Source: Eledone cirrhosa
Lineage: Eukaryota
Length of the DNA stretch: 64,000 nt
Assembly: GCA_964016885.1 (NCBI GenBank)
Contig: OZ024741.1
Span: 71,982,001-72,046,000 of the forward strand
Direction of reading: 5' to 3'
The position numbers and the translations under genes are program-made. Shown piece by piece: positions 11,529-25,261 of this stretch. Below the pieces are notes generated by a model, which was not told the DNA's origin, did not search any database, and was given only the letters and a program-made list of their open reading frames with translations. Position 1 is the first letter of the stretch. Each line of letters opens with the position of its first letter.

Positions 11529-13049
11529 TATATATACATATATCAGATAAAGTGTGGTGAAAACCAGGTAGACCATAACCCACCAGAGTTCTTGATACTT
11601 GCAGTAGTAGAGTGTGTAATATGAGTTTGGATCTAGTTGTTGGGGTCCTGAATCTTTTCATATATATATATATATATATATAGCCCACTTCTCTCATTTA
11701 TTACATTTATTATTTATAATGATGATGAAAATGATGATGAAATGAATGATTGACTATTATTATGCTCATTTATGTATTGAGACAGTGTTACAGTTTAATT
11801 TTCAAATTCACCCAATGCATTTAAACTCGCTGTATCTGGCCAGAATTCTCTCATCTCTTTCTGTTCAAACTGGCTGTAACAGGTCATTTATACTGATGTT
11901 AAGTCTTTTGTTATCAAAATGAATATCACAATCTCATAGATTCGATATTATGTGAGATAAAGCCTTTACCATGAAAATATAATAGTAAATATAGAGTAAT
12001 ATAAATGCTAAAGGGCTAAGTCAATGGTTGTTCACACACACAGACATACAGACACGCACATATATAGAGAGAGACAGTGCTGTTTGAAAATTATGTCAGA
12101 ATCAAGCCCCTTTTACCTTTTTGATACCAGCCTGCCCCAAATTACCTCTGCTCCTATGAAACAAAGTTATCCATTTTAAAGGGTTCCAATTTGAATTAAA
12201 ACCTTTCCATGAAATTTGAGATAAAAAGCTTTTGTTATGTTGTAACTACTGTATCAATAATGAAACACTAAGTAAATAAAAGACAGTGCATTTCATTAGA
12301 AATATAATCATAAAAGGGTTAAAAGTAAACTTAAAATAGAGAACTTTTCAATTTAGAGACAGAAATTATCCCACCTCTACCACTAGACACCAAATATCTG
12401 TCCACTTCAAGCAGCATGTCAGTTAATGTTGACTTAAGGCCCAGCCCACCCAGTAAGTGGGTGCAAGTTTGACTTAAACCCTGATTATATAACTCAGTGG
12501 AAGCAAAAATAAGGAAAAAGCCTGAGAAAGTGTGAAAGAAAAAGGACATTCTTCAATGACAAGTGAGATAAAAAAAAACAAAAAAAAAAAAAACAACAAA
12601 ACAACAAAACAAAACAACAGCAAAAAAAAAAAAAAAATAAAAAACATGTCAAAGACAAAATAAAAGTGGAACCAGTCTGTCGCAGAGAAAATATGTTTAA
12701 AGAATAACAGATTGGTTCTTCAACAAAAAAACTCTTTGTTTTCTCAGAGATAGGGAATGGAGTTGTACAACTTATCTTTGTATATTATATACCACAGATT
12801 ATTTTCTTTAAAATATTCCACTGGGATTCAAGTCAAAAGTTCAGTGAGATTTTATATCCAGAAACCCCCAATCTCTGAGTAAAATTTCACTTTCAACATT
12901 CTGGGTGGGTATACCAATAAACAGTGTTCCAGAATATAATAACGATTCATTTGTGGTGTGCAGGAGAGAAGACTGAGCATGTAATGCACATGGATAATGA
13001 TCATTAGGTAAAAAAGAAGCAGAATTTCCAAGTGAAAGGAAGTCATGGA

Positions 13050-13460
13050 AAAGTAAGACCAACAAAGACCTAGGAATCATTTATGGTGAGCAAGAGAGAA
13101 CATTGAGCAGGTATGGACGTATAATGTGCATGGAAGGAAGCCCCGGAAGAGGAAGACCAAGAAAGACATGGGAATTATATGTAATGTGCAGGAGAGACGA
13201 TTGGATTGGTAGACTTGTACTGCACATAGATGATGATCATTGGGTGAAGACGTGTCAAGAGTTCCAAGGAGAAGAAAGTCCTGGAAAAAAAAAAAAAAAA
13301 AGATGTGGGCAGAAGTGGTGAAAGCTGACTGATCTCATGATGCTGCATCTCACAAAAGAGATGACAGAAGAAAGGGACAAGTGGAGGGACGTTAGAGTGG
13401 AGAGGACTTGTCTAACCTATACAAGTATAGAAAAAAAGACATGCTGATGATGACGATAAT
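13050..13460 (+). mobile_element. Ancient RTE-like 3' remnants
   Basis: GRGRPRKTW, then ttgtctaacctat..(gat)n tail. Confidence 0.55.
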
Positions 13461-14083
13461 GGTGATATTAAGCAATCTGTAAAAAAAATTACAAATGAAA
13501 GTATATAAGGTGTGTATAAGGACTATTATAGACTATAAAGGTGCATGACTTTGTGGTGAGGGTGTTGGACTCACTATCAGAAGGTTTTTGACTGAGTGTC
13601 ATTTGTTCTTGAGCAAGATGCTTCATCTCATACTGCTTTTTATGATAGGGCTGGGTCCCCCATCATTAAAATACTGAAGAATCCTCCAATGAGATGTAAC
13701 CACATAGGTGGTCAGCTGAACCTGCATACATGTGAGAATTAAAATCCATTTAATTTCATTTTTTCATTAGAGACTGATTACTGGCTATATAATGATTATA
13801 GGAGATTTCTTGTGTGTTTTAATGAGGCTCCCAGTCTTATCATGAAAAAGCAATGTGAAAAGAAGTGTCTTTCTCAAGAACATAGTGTGCTGCCGGGCAA
13901 GGAATGAAACCCACAACCTTATGATTGTGCATCCAACAACATAACTACTCTGCCATATGCCTTCACTTCTCCTTATAATAATAATCATTATTTCAAATTG
14001 CGGTACAGAGCCAGACATTTCTTGTGTGGTGTGTCTGTGTGTATAATATATATATATATATGTTGTCTGGAGTATTTTGTCTA

Positions 14084-14120
<37 letters not shown>

Positions 14121-14958
14121 TGGTAGACAAAATACTCCAGACAACATTGACAACAAGCATTACACTAATGTACAGTGTAACAATAAGTTTATATAAACTG
14201 GGTTCCAAGATATTTTAATGATAAAGAAGGTATTTCTTTCAGGGGATTCATTTTGTTTTTCTTCTAGTTGTTGGCGACTGTTTTATATTTACACACATAC
14301 AAATACACATACTGATTATATATACATGCATATATATATATATGTGTGTGTGCATGTGTTTATTTACTTACACACCCACACACATAAAAACATACCATCA
14401 TCTTGGCATTGACAAATATCAAATCCTGCCATCACAAAAACATACCATCACATGTGCACCACCGAAGACCCCTCCTCCAGAGCATACCATCATATAAAGA
14501 AATATCATACCATCACACCCTTCCTCCTCCCTAAAATAACAAGGCAACTTTAGTGGGTATAGGGAGAACACTGTAAATATATGAAGGAACAATAGAGAGA
14601 GACTGGGTGAGAGAGAGAGAGAGAGAGAGAGAGGAATGAGAGTGAAACAGTGAGGAAGAGGGATAGGATGAGAGGGTGAGAAAGATTTAGAATGAAATTC
14701 TAGTGCCACCTCCACCATCATCATCACCACCATGCCAGCAGCATCAGTGTCATGTGACAGCTCATCACTCATTCATTCATTCAGGAATGTTATGGTTACA
14801 TAAATGTTGTCTGACGCTGCTGCAGATGTACAGATGTGCAAGTTGCACTGTGCATGTGTAACAGTAACTGTCTCACTACATTTTCTAACACTGACGTGCT
14901 ATGGTTGGTGTTTACATTTACAGGGAAACACACAGCAGACAAAAACACTACTTGGCTT

Positions 14959-14993
<35 letters not shown>

Positions 14994-14995
<2 letters not shown>

Positions 14996-15198
14996 CAAAG
15001 AAAGTGTAGTAAGAAACCAGGTGGACCATAACGCGCACCAGAGTACTCGATACTTAGGGTAGTAGAGTGAGTAATATGAAAAGAGTTAGGACCCCGACGG
15101 CTGAGCTCAGGCCTTTTCGACAGCTAGCTCTGAACTATGTTCGGATCTAGCTGTCGAAAAGGCCTGAGCTCAGCCGTCGGGGTCCTAACTCTTATCCT
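14994..15198 (-). mobile_element. Short hairpin-ended repeat family (other copies ~11545-11660, 21580-21710, 27840-27888, 57440-57640, 63870-64000)
   Basis: Shared sequence accagagtactcgatacttagggtagtagagtg..ggaccccgacggctgagctc followed by a fold-back; always next to (TA)n. Confidence 0.75.
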
Positions 15199-15912
15199 AT
15201 ATATATATATAGGATAAGAGTTAGGACCCCCCTTGACTCTGTTTTCCTATGACTTTTATATTATATATATATCATCATCATCATCGTTTAACGTCCATCT
15301 TCCACGCTAGCATGGGTCTGGACGATATATATATATACCGAATAAGCATACACGATAGCTTGGCCGTATACTAGAGGTCCGTCTATGCTGTACTAAAATT
15401 TATATATATATATATATATATATAGATATATCTGTGTGTGTGTGTATGAATCAAACAGACAGTTACATGTCTCTAATATAGTTAGACTGAAAAGATAAAT
15501 GTATCTAACTTGAGCCAAAATCTTGATGGGAGGAAGGAAGGGGGATATTAGCTAGATAAACTAAAATAATTCAGTTTCACTCATATCAGGTTCCCAACGG
15601 CAGTTTCTGGAATTAAGAAACAGTACCAATTATCTCAATAAATCAAGACAACCAATATTGGAAGAAATTTCATCATAGGGGTAATTCTTTGGAAGTAGAG
15701 AAAATATTCAATAGATAGCATCCTGATCATATCCTTGTGGAAACAGCATGTTACACTTAACATGTACGTCATTCAACCACTAAACATATATACCTCTATA
15801 TATCAGGACAATATGACAGGTTTGTAATGAGACTAGAAATAGCACCTTAAAAAACCCATCTAAATCAACTAAAATAACCAAGGAGTTCCAAATATCAAAG
15901 TTATTTGTCTCT

Positions 15913-15947
<35 letters not shown>

Positions 15948-16163
15948 TAATGAAAATTGCGTATAGTGCTCAGGTGCACTACAAAAAATTTAGTAAGACC
16001 TCTTTAATGTAGGTCCTGGTTGAAATAGAACCCCAGACCAGGATTTCCATCATCTCTGATACCTACCACTAGGCCACTGTGACGGCTAGATAGCTTAATG
16101 AAAAGATAAAGATTAAATCAGAGAAGCATTTAAACATATATAACTTAAACTAAATATATTCTT

Positions 16164-16198
<35 letters not shown>

Positions 16199-16601
16199 GT
16201 TGAAAGAAACTGTCAGGAGAGTTGGGTAGCAGAAGGTCATCAGAGAAGAAACTCTACTAAAGCAAGTGTTTCAGTCTTTAACATCTTACATTCTAAGGGG
16301 GTTGGGCCACATCCAGGTCATCACTCCTGGGAGCCCTTCTGTTGATATTTAGTCATTGGAGCCTTGATGGTACTTAAACAGTATGGAGACTTTGTTGACA
16401 GGATCTAGCTGGAACTCCTTTCCATTGTCTCTGTTTTCAAACTTACATTTATATTCAAACATTTTCTTATATATGCATACATATATATATATGCTTACAT
16501 ACGTATACACATATATATGCACACACACATGCATACACACACATATATGCACACACACACACACACACACACATATATGCACACACACACACACATATAT
16601 G

Positions 16602-16636
<35 letters not shown>

Positions 16637-16750
16637 GTATCTGCTATGGTGGCTTGGTGGGAAATACCAGAAGTGCTGGTGATCCTGGGCTATGGTTCAA
16701 TCCTGGTTGGGAAAAACTCACATATTAGAATTATATATATATATATATAT

Positions 16751-16783
<33 letters not shown>

Positions 16784-16800
16784 CACACACACATACATAT

Positions 16801-16975
16801 ACATCATTGTTTAACATCTATTTCCATGCTAGCATGGGATAGAGAGGTTGTCCTATTAGAGGCAAGTTGGGTCAGGTGACCATGTCTTGCTAATATAGGA
16901 CTGTTTCTGGCTAGATTTCTACGGCTGGATGCCCTTCCTAATGCCAACCACATTTACAGTGTGTGCTGGGTGCTT
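16801..16975 (-). mobile_element. RTE-type 3' tail that seeds the 48-bp array
   Basis: catcattgtttaac..ccatgctagcatggg..ggatgcccttcctaatgccaaccacatttacagtgtg runs directly into the first array unit. Confidence 0.8.
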
Positions 16976-19200
16976 TTTGTTGTGACTCCTAAACGATCCC
17001 CTAACAGTGTGTGCTGGGTGCTTTTTGTTGTGACTCCTAAACGATCCCCTAACAGTGTGTGCTGGGTGCTTTTTGTTGTGACACCTACACGACTAACTTA
17101 CAGTGTGGGCTGGTTGCTTTTTGTTGTGACACCTACATGACTACCTTACAGTGTGGGCTGGTTGCTTTTTGTTGTGACACCTACATGACTACCTTACTGT
17201 GTAGGCTGGTTGCTTTCTGTTGTGACACCTACATGACTACCTTACAGTGTGGGCTGGTTGCTTTTTGTTGTGACACCTACACGACAACCTTACAGTGTGT
17301 GCTGGGTGCTTTTTGTTGTGACCCCTACATGACTACCTTACTGTGTAGGCTGGTTGCTTTCTGTTGTGACACCTACATGACAACCTTACAGTGTGTGCTG
17401 GGTGCTTTTTGTTGTGACACCTACATGACTACCTTACTGTGTAGGCTGGTTGCTTTCTGTTGTGACATCTACATGACAACCTTACAGTGTGTGCTGGGTG
17501 CTTTCTGTTGTGACACCTACATGACTACCTTACAGTGTGGGCTGGTTGCTTTTTGTTGTGACACCTACACGACAACCTTACAGTGTGTGCTGGGTGCTTT
17601 TTGTTGTGACACCTACAGGACTACCTTACAGTGTGGGCTGGTTGCTTTTTGTTGTGACACCTACATGACTACCTTACAGTGTGGGCTGGTTGCTTTTTGT
17701 TGTGACACCTACACGACAACCTTACAGTGTGGGCTGGTTGCTTTTTGTTGTGACACCTACAGGACTACCTTACAGTGTGGGCTGGTTGCTTTTTGTTATG
17801 ACACCTACTCGACTATCTTACAGTGTGGGCTGGTTGCTTTTTGTTGTGACACCTACACGACTAACTTACAGTGTGGGCTGGTTGCTTTTTGTTGTGACAC
17901 CTACACGACAACCTTACAGTGTGGGCTGGTTGCTTTTTGTTGTGACACCTACATGACTACCTTACAGTGTGGGCTGGTTGCTTTTTGTTGTGACACCTAC
18001 ACGACAACCTTACAGTGTGGGCTGGGTGCTTTTTGTTGTGACACCTACAGGACTACCTTACAGTGTGGGCTGGTTGCTTTTTGTTGTGACACCTACACGA
18101 CAACCTTACAGTGTGGGCTGGTTGCTTTTTGTTGTGACACCTACAGGACTACCTTACAGTGTGGGCTGGTTGCTTTTTGTTGTGACACCTACACGACAAC
18201 CTTACAGTGTGGGCTGGTTGCTTTTTGTTGTGACACCTACAGGACTACCTTACAGTGTGGGCTGGTTGCTTTTTGTTGTGACACCTACACGACAACCTTA
18301 CAGTGTGGGCTGGTTGCTTTTTGTTGTGACACCTACTCGACTATCTTACAGTGTGGGCTGGTTGCTTTTTGTTGTGACACCTACATGACTACCTTACTGT
18401 GTAGGCTGGTTGCTTTTTGTTGTGACACCTACATGACTACCTTACAGTGTGGGCTGGTTGCTTTTTGTTGTGACACCTACATGACTACCTTACTGTGTAG
18501 GCTGGTTGCTTTTTGTTGTGACACCTACTCGACTATCTTACAGTGTGGGCTGGTTGCTTTCTGTTGTGACACCTACTCGACTATCTTACAGTGTGGGCTG
18601 GTTGCTTTCTGTTGTGACACCTACATGACTACCTTACAGTGTGGGCTGGTTGCTTTTTGTTGTGACACCTACACGACAACCTTACAGTGTGGGCTGGTTG
18701 CTTTTTGTTGTGACACTACTCGACTATCTTACAGTGTGGGCTGGTTGCTTTCTGTTGTGACACCTACATGACTACCTTACAGTGTGGGCTGGTTGCTTTT
18801 TGTTGTGACACCTACATGACTACCTTACTGTGTAGGCTGGTTGCTTTTTGTTGTGACACCTACATGACTACCTTACAGTGTGGGCTGGTTGCTTTTTGTT
18901 GTGACACCTACATGACTACCTTACTGTGTAGGCTGGTTGCTTTTTGTTGTGACACCTACATGACTACCTTACAGTGTGGGCTGGTTGCTTTTTGTTATGA
19001 CACCTACTCGACTATCTTACAGTGTGGGCTGGTTGCTTTCTGTTGTGCCACCTACATGACTACCTTACAGTGTGGGCTGGTTGCTTTTTGTTGTGACACC
19101 TACATGACTACCTTACAGTGTGGGCTGGTTGCTTTTTGTTGTGACACCTACATGACTACCTTACAGTGTGGGCTGGTTGCTTTTTGTTGTGACACCTACG
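16955..19200. repeat. 48-bp tandem minisatellite, about 46-47 units
   Basis: Unit ttacagtgtgggctggttgctttttgttgtgacacctacatgactacc with a few recurring variants; one 1-nt deletion near 18716. Confidence 0.97.
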
Positions 19201-19691
19201 CAACCACGATATACCCAGATGTCCTGAAGGTGTTTAGAAAAATATTAAAAACTTCTTTAAAAAAATTCAATAACTTCCTCAAAAATGTTTTTCCCTTTTA
19301 TATATATTGGTAGTTATTAGGTCCTAGGTTTTTGTCCTCTACTATATCTGTTGGTCGATCCAACTGAGGAATATTGGAAAGACAGAAACTATGCAGAAAT
19401 TATCAACTGATTCTATTTGAGGATCATATTAACTCTTTTGTTACCATATTTCTAATGAATTATACAACCTCTTATTTTAAACTAATTTTAAAAGTAATAA
19501 AAAAAAATGATGGTATTTATTATGATAATATAATTAACTTCCTTGTTATTAAGCAGGTGAATAGAACAACTTAGGAAAATGTTCTTACAAAAAATGATAA
19601 CAGAAAATTTAAATGTAAACATACATATATGGACACATAACTCCTGATGGAGTTATAGAGGTACCATCATTACATACGACAGGCACTTTAA

Positions 19692-19885
19692 ACCTTTAGC
19701 ATTTACATTACTCTATATTTACTATTGTAATCTCATGGTAAATAATATTGAATCTATAAGATTCTGATAATATTTATTTTGAGAACAATATCTTAATGTC
19801 AGTATGAGCAGCTGGTTATGGCAGGTTTGAACAGAATGAGGTGAGAGAATTCTGGCTGGATACGGCCGGTTTAAATGCTAAAGGG
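19692..19885. mobile_element. piggyBac-type MITE (other copies ~11810-12015, 33504-33698, 55917-56114)
   Basis: TTAA on both sides; terminal inverted repeats cctttagcattta / taaatgctaaagg; conserved interior across four copies. Confidence 0.78.
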
Positions 19886-20299
19886 TTAAACCTGGCCGAG
19901 CTCATCCTCACTCCAGGACTTAACACAATTTCTACCAGAGAAAGAGATTCAGAGGAAGAATCAATCCCAGTACTAGTATTTATTTTATCAATCTTGAAAG
20001 GATGAAAGGCAAAGTTGACCCCAGACAATCCAGAGTGTGCAGGGAGCAGGAATGAATACTGCAAAGCATTCTATCCAATGATCTAATAACTATAACAATT
20101 TGCCACCCTGTCTTTGGAATATTCAACCATTTACACTATAATATAGCAATGAGTAGACAGTTGTGTGAATTGCACAACTAGTATATTCATATATGTTGAA
20201 AACAATGTGTACGACCATTATATACACTTGCAGAAGTACACCTGCACAGAGAGAGAGAGAGGCAATGAAATGTCACTAGGTAATAGTGTAATGTGTCAT

Positions 20300-20645
20300 A
20301 TCTGTATATCTATGTATATGTGTGTGTGGCGGGTGTTATAGTGTGTACTTATATAACTATGTCTATATGTGTGTATGTGTGTGGCAGATATGTGTGTATG
20401 TGTGTGGCAGATATCAGTGTATATATGTGTATGGCAAGAGTTTGTGTATATCTATGTATATATATATGTGTGACGGAAGTTAGTGTATATCTATGTATAT
20501 ATGTATGTGTGGCAAGAGTTAGTATATATCTATGTTTATATGTGTGTGTGTGTGGCAATAGCTAGCGTATATCTATGTCTATATATGTGTGTGTGGCAAA
20601 AGCATGTGTATATCTATTTACGTATATATATGTGTGTGGTGAGAG
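20300..20645. repeat. Diverged ~40-nt minisatellite
   Basis: Repeats of gtgtggcaagagttagtgtatatctatgtatatatgt. Confidence 0.75.
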
Positions 20646-20976
20646 TTTTGTTTCCACGGGTCTAACTGACCAAATCTAACTGACCAAATCGGTCCTTTGT
20701 CACACATTGTTCAATTTAAATGTCGAACAATTATTTATTTTGTCCTCACCTTGTAAGTCTTGTTTTGTTTGTTTTGTTTACTTTATCATTCATTGTCTAC
20801 AGTCTCTACTGCATTTCTGTCTTCTTCCTTTAAAATACTTCAGGACAGTGTTAAACTATCTTGTCAGACACTGTGACCCTGAATGAACCCAGCAGTACTG
20901 CCCTTAGAGATGGAAACTGTGTAATGTGTAAGTCCACTTCAACAGCTAATGACAAAGGAGTTATTATGTTTTGCTT

Positions 20977-21041
<65 letters not shown>

Positions 21042-21371
21042 GATAGATATATTTATATACATATATATATACACACACACACGTATGTGTAAGTGTAGCA
21101 GGAGTTAGAGGAGCTGAATGGAAAAGAAATCTGGTGGGCATTGGTCAAGTAGTTTAACCTTTAACTCAGTGTCACTAACAACTAGTCAATGAATGTTAGA
21201 TATGTCCAATATCCCTGCAGGTTTGTTGACATTTTACCTGCATTTAATGATGTTTCTGTTGTCAAATTTTTTTGTTTATTTATTCCATATAGGTTATACA
21301 CACACAGCCTGACATGGACATACACAGAGGGAGAAACCGATTTCATGCATCTTGGAACACACACACACGAG

Positions 21372-21423
<52 letters not shown>

Positions 21424-22489
21424 CATATGTGTATATTTATATATATATAAATAAATCAGTTTGTAAATCTTAATTTATCCTTTTAATTAAGTCTTGTGAA
21501 CCTTATCTTTAGTCAGTATTCGCTTCACCCTGGCAGTTTTTGTCCCTTGTAATTTGAACACACACACACACATATATATCAGAATGGAAGCGGTAAAATC
21601 CGTTAGACGTACTCGATATTTGGGGTAGTAAAGTGGGTAAAATGAAAAATTCACGACCTCGACGGCTGAGCTCCTGCCGTTTCAACAGCCGGATCCGATC
21701 TAGCTGTTGTTTTTGTGTGTCACAAAAAAAAGATGGCGTAGGACAGAACAAAGGAGAGGCACAAAACAAAGAAAAGAATCCCCAGTCAGTGAAGAGGTCA
21801 CAGAATGTGTGACGAAAGAACTTTGACAATATATGAACAACCGTCCGGTTATGGAACCAACCAACCAACCAACCAACCAACTGGAAATTTATAAATTTAA
21901 TTTATAATAAATTGGAGTGAAAGCAACTGGTGCGTGTGTTTCTTATTGGCAACATGACCCTCCCAAAGCATAACTATATATATATCTCATCATCATCATT
22001 TTACGTCCGCTTTTCCCTGCTTGCAAGGGTGGGATGGGAACTGATTCTGGCTTGATTTCTACAGCTGGATGCCCTTCCTAACACCAACCTCATTTACAGT
22101 GAGTGCTGGGTGCTTTTTTGCCATGGCACCTCCACGACCACTTTGCAGTGGAATGATATGGACCCCAGTCCCTATCATCTCATTTCTACAGCTGAGTAAA
22201 CTGGAGCAATGTGAAATAAAGTGTCTTGCTCAAGGAAACAACACATCACCCGGTCTGAGAATTGAACTCACAACCATTCGATTGCAAGCCCAATGCTCTA
22301 ACTACTAAGCCATGTGCCTCCACTAATATATATATATAAATATATATCTGTACATTCATGTATACATACATACAATACTTAAAATACTCTTCAGTTTAAT
22401 GTTTTTAATCCAAATTTTCTCTGTTACTGTTTGGCATGGAATGATGGAGTCAGGGTGGATAATATTGTCATTGGTGGATGTCATTAATT

Positions 22490-22823
22490 TTAACATTCAC
22501 AAAATCAGAAAACAGCACAGCCCCCATGCCTTTCAGAAACATCTTTTTACACTCAGAGTTGCTGAAGCATGGAACAAACAAACTACCTGCATCGGTTGTT
22601 AGCTGTCGGGAGACTGTATCTTTCAAAACCTCCATGCTTCTCGAAATTTGCCAACACTACACCTGATATTCTGCCTCCGTACACACACAACCATGTATCT
22701 GTGTGTATATCATGACTCATACACTGTTCACTTTCCTGACATTTATACATTATTCTATGTACTATACATGCACCTTTGATGAGTTGTAGTGCACCCGAGC
22801 ACTGTACACAATTTTATTATTAT
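22490..22823 (+). mobile_element. CR1/L2-type LINE 3' end (a tail-only copy lies on the minus strand at ~15915-15985)
   Basis: Translates KHLFTLRVAEAWNK/LPASVVS..SFK, typical of a CR1-group C-terminus; ends gcacccgagcactgtacacaatt(att)n. Confidence 0.72.
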
Positions 22824-23053
22824 TCTAATGCTATGGCAACTGTTTTCATGGTCGAGTAACCTTCTTTAGTGTTAATCCCCCAACTGTAAAATCACTCATT
22901 TTACCATCTGAAGTAAACAGATCTGCCAAAGGGGGGTGTCACAAACATTATGTCTGGGTGCTGTAATAAGAGATATGCATGTGTGTTAGTTTATGAGCAT
23001 ACGTTCTATTTAGTCTTACTTTGTTTTAGCCCTCATCGCTAGGGATATGCTAA

Positions 23054-23095
<42 letters not shown>

Positions 23096-24544
23096 TCAGT
23101 TTTCTTGTTGCTTTGGTCACTGCGGCTGGCTTATCGGTCGCTGTCTAAACGTAATATTATAACTCTAAGGTAAAATACCTTATTGAGTGCTTAGCTGCAC
23201 ATTCCGATTGCATTCATTAGCTTAGCTGCAGCCAGAGCTTCAATTATGCTGTACTTCCATTTGTGTATGTATATATGGACGTTAAACGATGATGATGATG
23301 ATATATATATATATATATATATAGTACATGTGGTAGGTGATGGTTATGTTGATGACCAGGGCTTTTCAACAACAAAATAACTGCTACTTGACACAAATAG
23401 TAACAGGTTACCCAAAGCATTAACATATATGAATGCTGATAATGAAGATGACAACGGTGGTGAGAGTGATGGTGATAATGATTATGGCGGTAATGGTGGT
23501 GGTGTTGATAATGATAATGATTATAATGGTGTTGATGCTGGCAATGTTGGTGATGACGATAATAATGACGATGCCAGCATTGATATTTGGTTGATGTGGC
23601 AAGAAACGAAATGAAAGACGGGATAATTAATTGCTAATTAACAAGACATCATTGTCTAATCAAGAGGTGAAATCATTTAAGTGAGGGGTGACAGGAAGAC
23701 AGGGTTGGTGTGAGTAATATCCTGTACTCCCCAAGAGTTAATGCTATGCTTCTTTCCCTGGAGCCAAATACTATATTGTTTAATGGTGTATTTAGAAGCC
23801 AGTTCAACCCTTTCATTGCCATGTTTCTTACAAATGATACTGCCTATGATTTTGAAAATCATCAAGAATTCAGAGGGATTTTATAACATAACTAACTTTC
23901 TTGTTATTAAGCTCGTGTTTGAAACAAAGTTTTTTTTACAAAAGATTATGGTGGAAGGTTTTTTGATAAATATAAACTTAGTAAAATAAATAGCTTTGTA
24001 TCATAAAACCAGGGGCAGTGTATGTGGCTTTGTATTTTCTGGGTGTTAACCCATTTATGTGTGTTAACCTTTTTATGACCTTATTTCTGATGAAATACAT
24101 TCAAGTTCAATTAATTGAGGAAAAATGTTGAATGATTTACTAAAAATTACTTATTATTAAGATAGTAACTTAACATATGGTTCTTATATAAAATTATGTT
24201 GGAAGATTTTAATTTAAATAGGAACCCTTTAAAATGGGAGATTTTGTGCCCTCTGAGTTCAAATACTTTCAGAGTCAACAGATAAAGTACCAGTCTAGGG
24301 GCAGCAATATTAATAAAGAGTTAGATGGGATACATTTTACGTTCAAATGCTGCTTCCTGTTACTGAAAAGGTTGTGACACTTCTGACAGGAGTTGCAACT
24401 GGCAAATAATATCAACAATGGAAAAAACCAATGGAAACAATTTTCCCTGAGTCCTTTCCTTTAAACTGTGTTAGTTTGTACCCCTCCACCCTGCGCCACC
24501 AACCACACAAACATGTCTCCACATGCACATCATCATTATTTATG

Positions 24545-24860
24545 GTCTGAGTTCAAATCCTGCAGAGATTAATTTTGCCTTTTATCCTTACGGGGCCGAT
24601 AAAATAAAGTACCAGTAATGCACTGGGTAATTGCTGGCCTTGTGCCAAAAGTAGAAACAATTATCATCATTGTGGATTGGCAGTATTGGTAGAGGGTCGA
24701 ACACCATGCTTTGCAGCATGGTGTTACGGCCCTTTACAGTCTGAGCTCAAATCCTCCCCGAGGTTAACTTTGCCTTTCATCCTTACGGGGTCGATAAAAT
24801 AAAGTACCAGTAATGCACTGGGGTAATTGCTGTACTTGTGCCAAAAGTAGAAACAATTAT
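24545..24860 (+). mobile_element. Tandem pair of SINE family A
   Basis: 5'-truncated copy followed by a full copy. Confidence 0.85.
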
Positions 24861-25261
24861 CATCATCATCGTTTCTATGGCTACCTTTTCATGAGGGCAT
24901 GGGTTGGATGTGACTTTTTGAGGCAGTTATTCGATGGCCAGTTTTCTTTTTGTTGCTAACATATTTTTAAGCATGGTTATGTTTCGCTGACTTTTGCTAA
25001 AACCATTAAACTGTGGGATGCATTATTTATGTGAGACATAAATGCCATCACTTGCATTAAATGGTGTGGTGTTTGAAGACAAACACATAGAGCATATCTT
25101 GTTTGTTTCATTTCAATATATATATGGTATATATATATATATAGTATATACATGATATGTATATATATATGTGAATTTTACAGGACTAGAACTGCTTGTG
25201 TGTGCACATGTGAGTGTAAATATACATATACTTATATATATATATTATTTATAGTTATATA

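Noticed and set aside
16955-19200. CRISPR-like array (constant part plus short variable part)
   Set aside because: Variable positions are a few recurring point variants rather than unique spacers; there are no cas genes; the context is eukaryotic; the unit derives from a LINE-type UTR.
17059-19313. Cys-rich 570-aa and 181-aa ORFs (metallothionein- or keratin-like)
   Set aside because: By-product of a stop-free 48-nt unit; broken by a 1-nt deletion near 18716; non-ATG start for the first ORF.
20868-20934. Possible short host exon (ag..gtaagt)
   Set aside because: Only splice-like dinucleotides; no recognisable protein and no partner exons.
24085-24100. CTGATGA hammerhead core
   Set aside because: No stem II, stem III or stem I pairing; lies within a degenerate MITE-like sequence.
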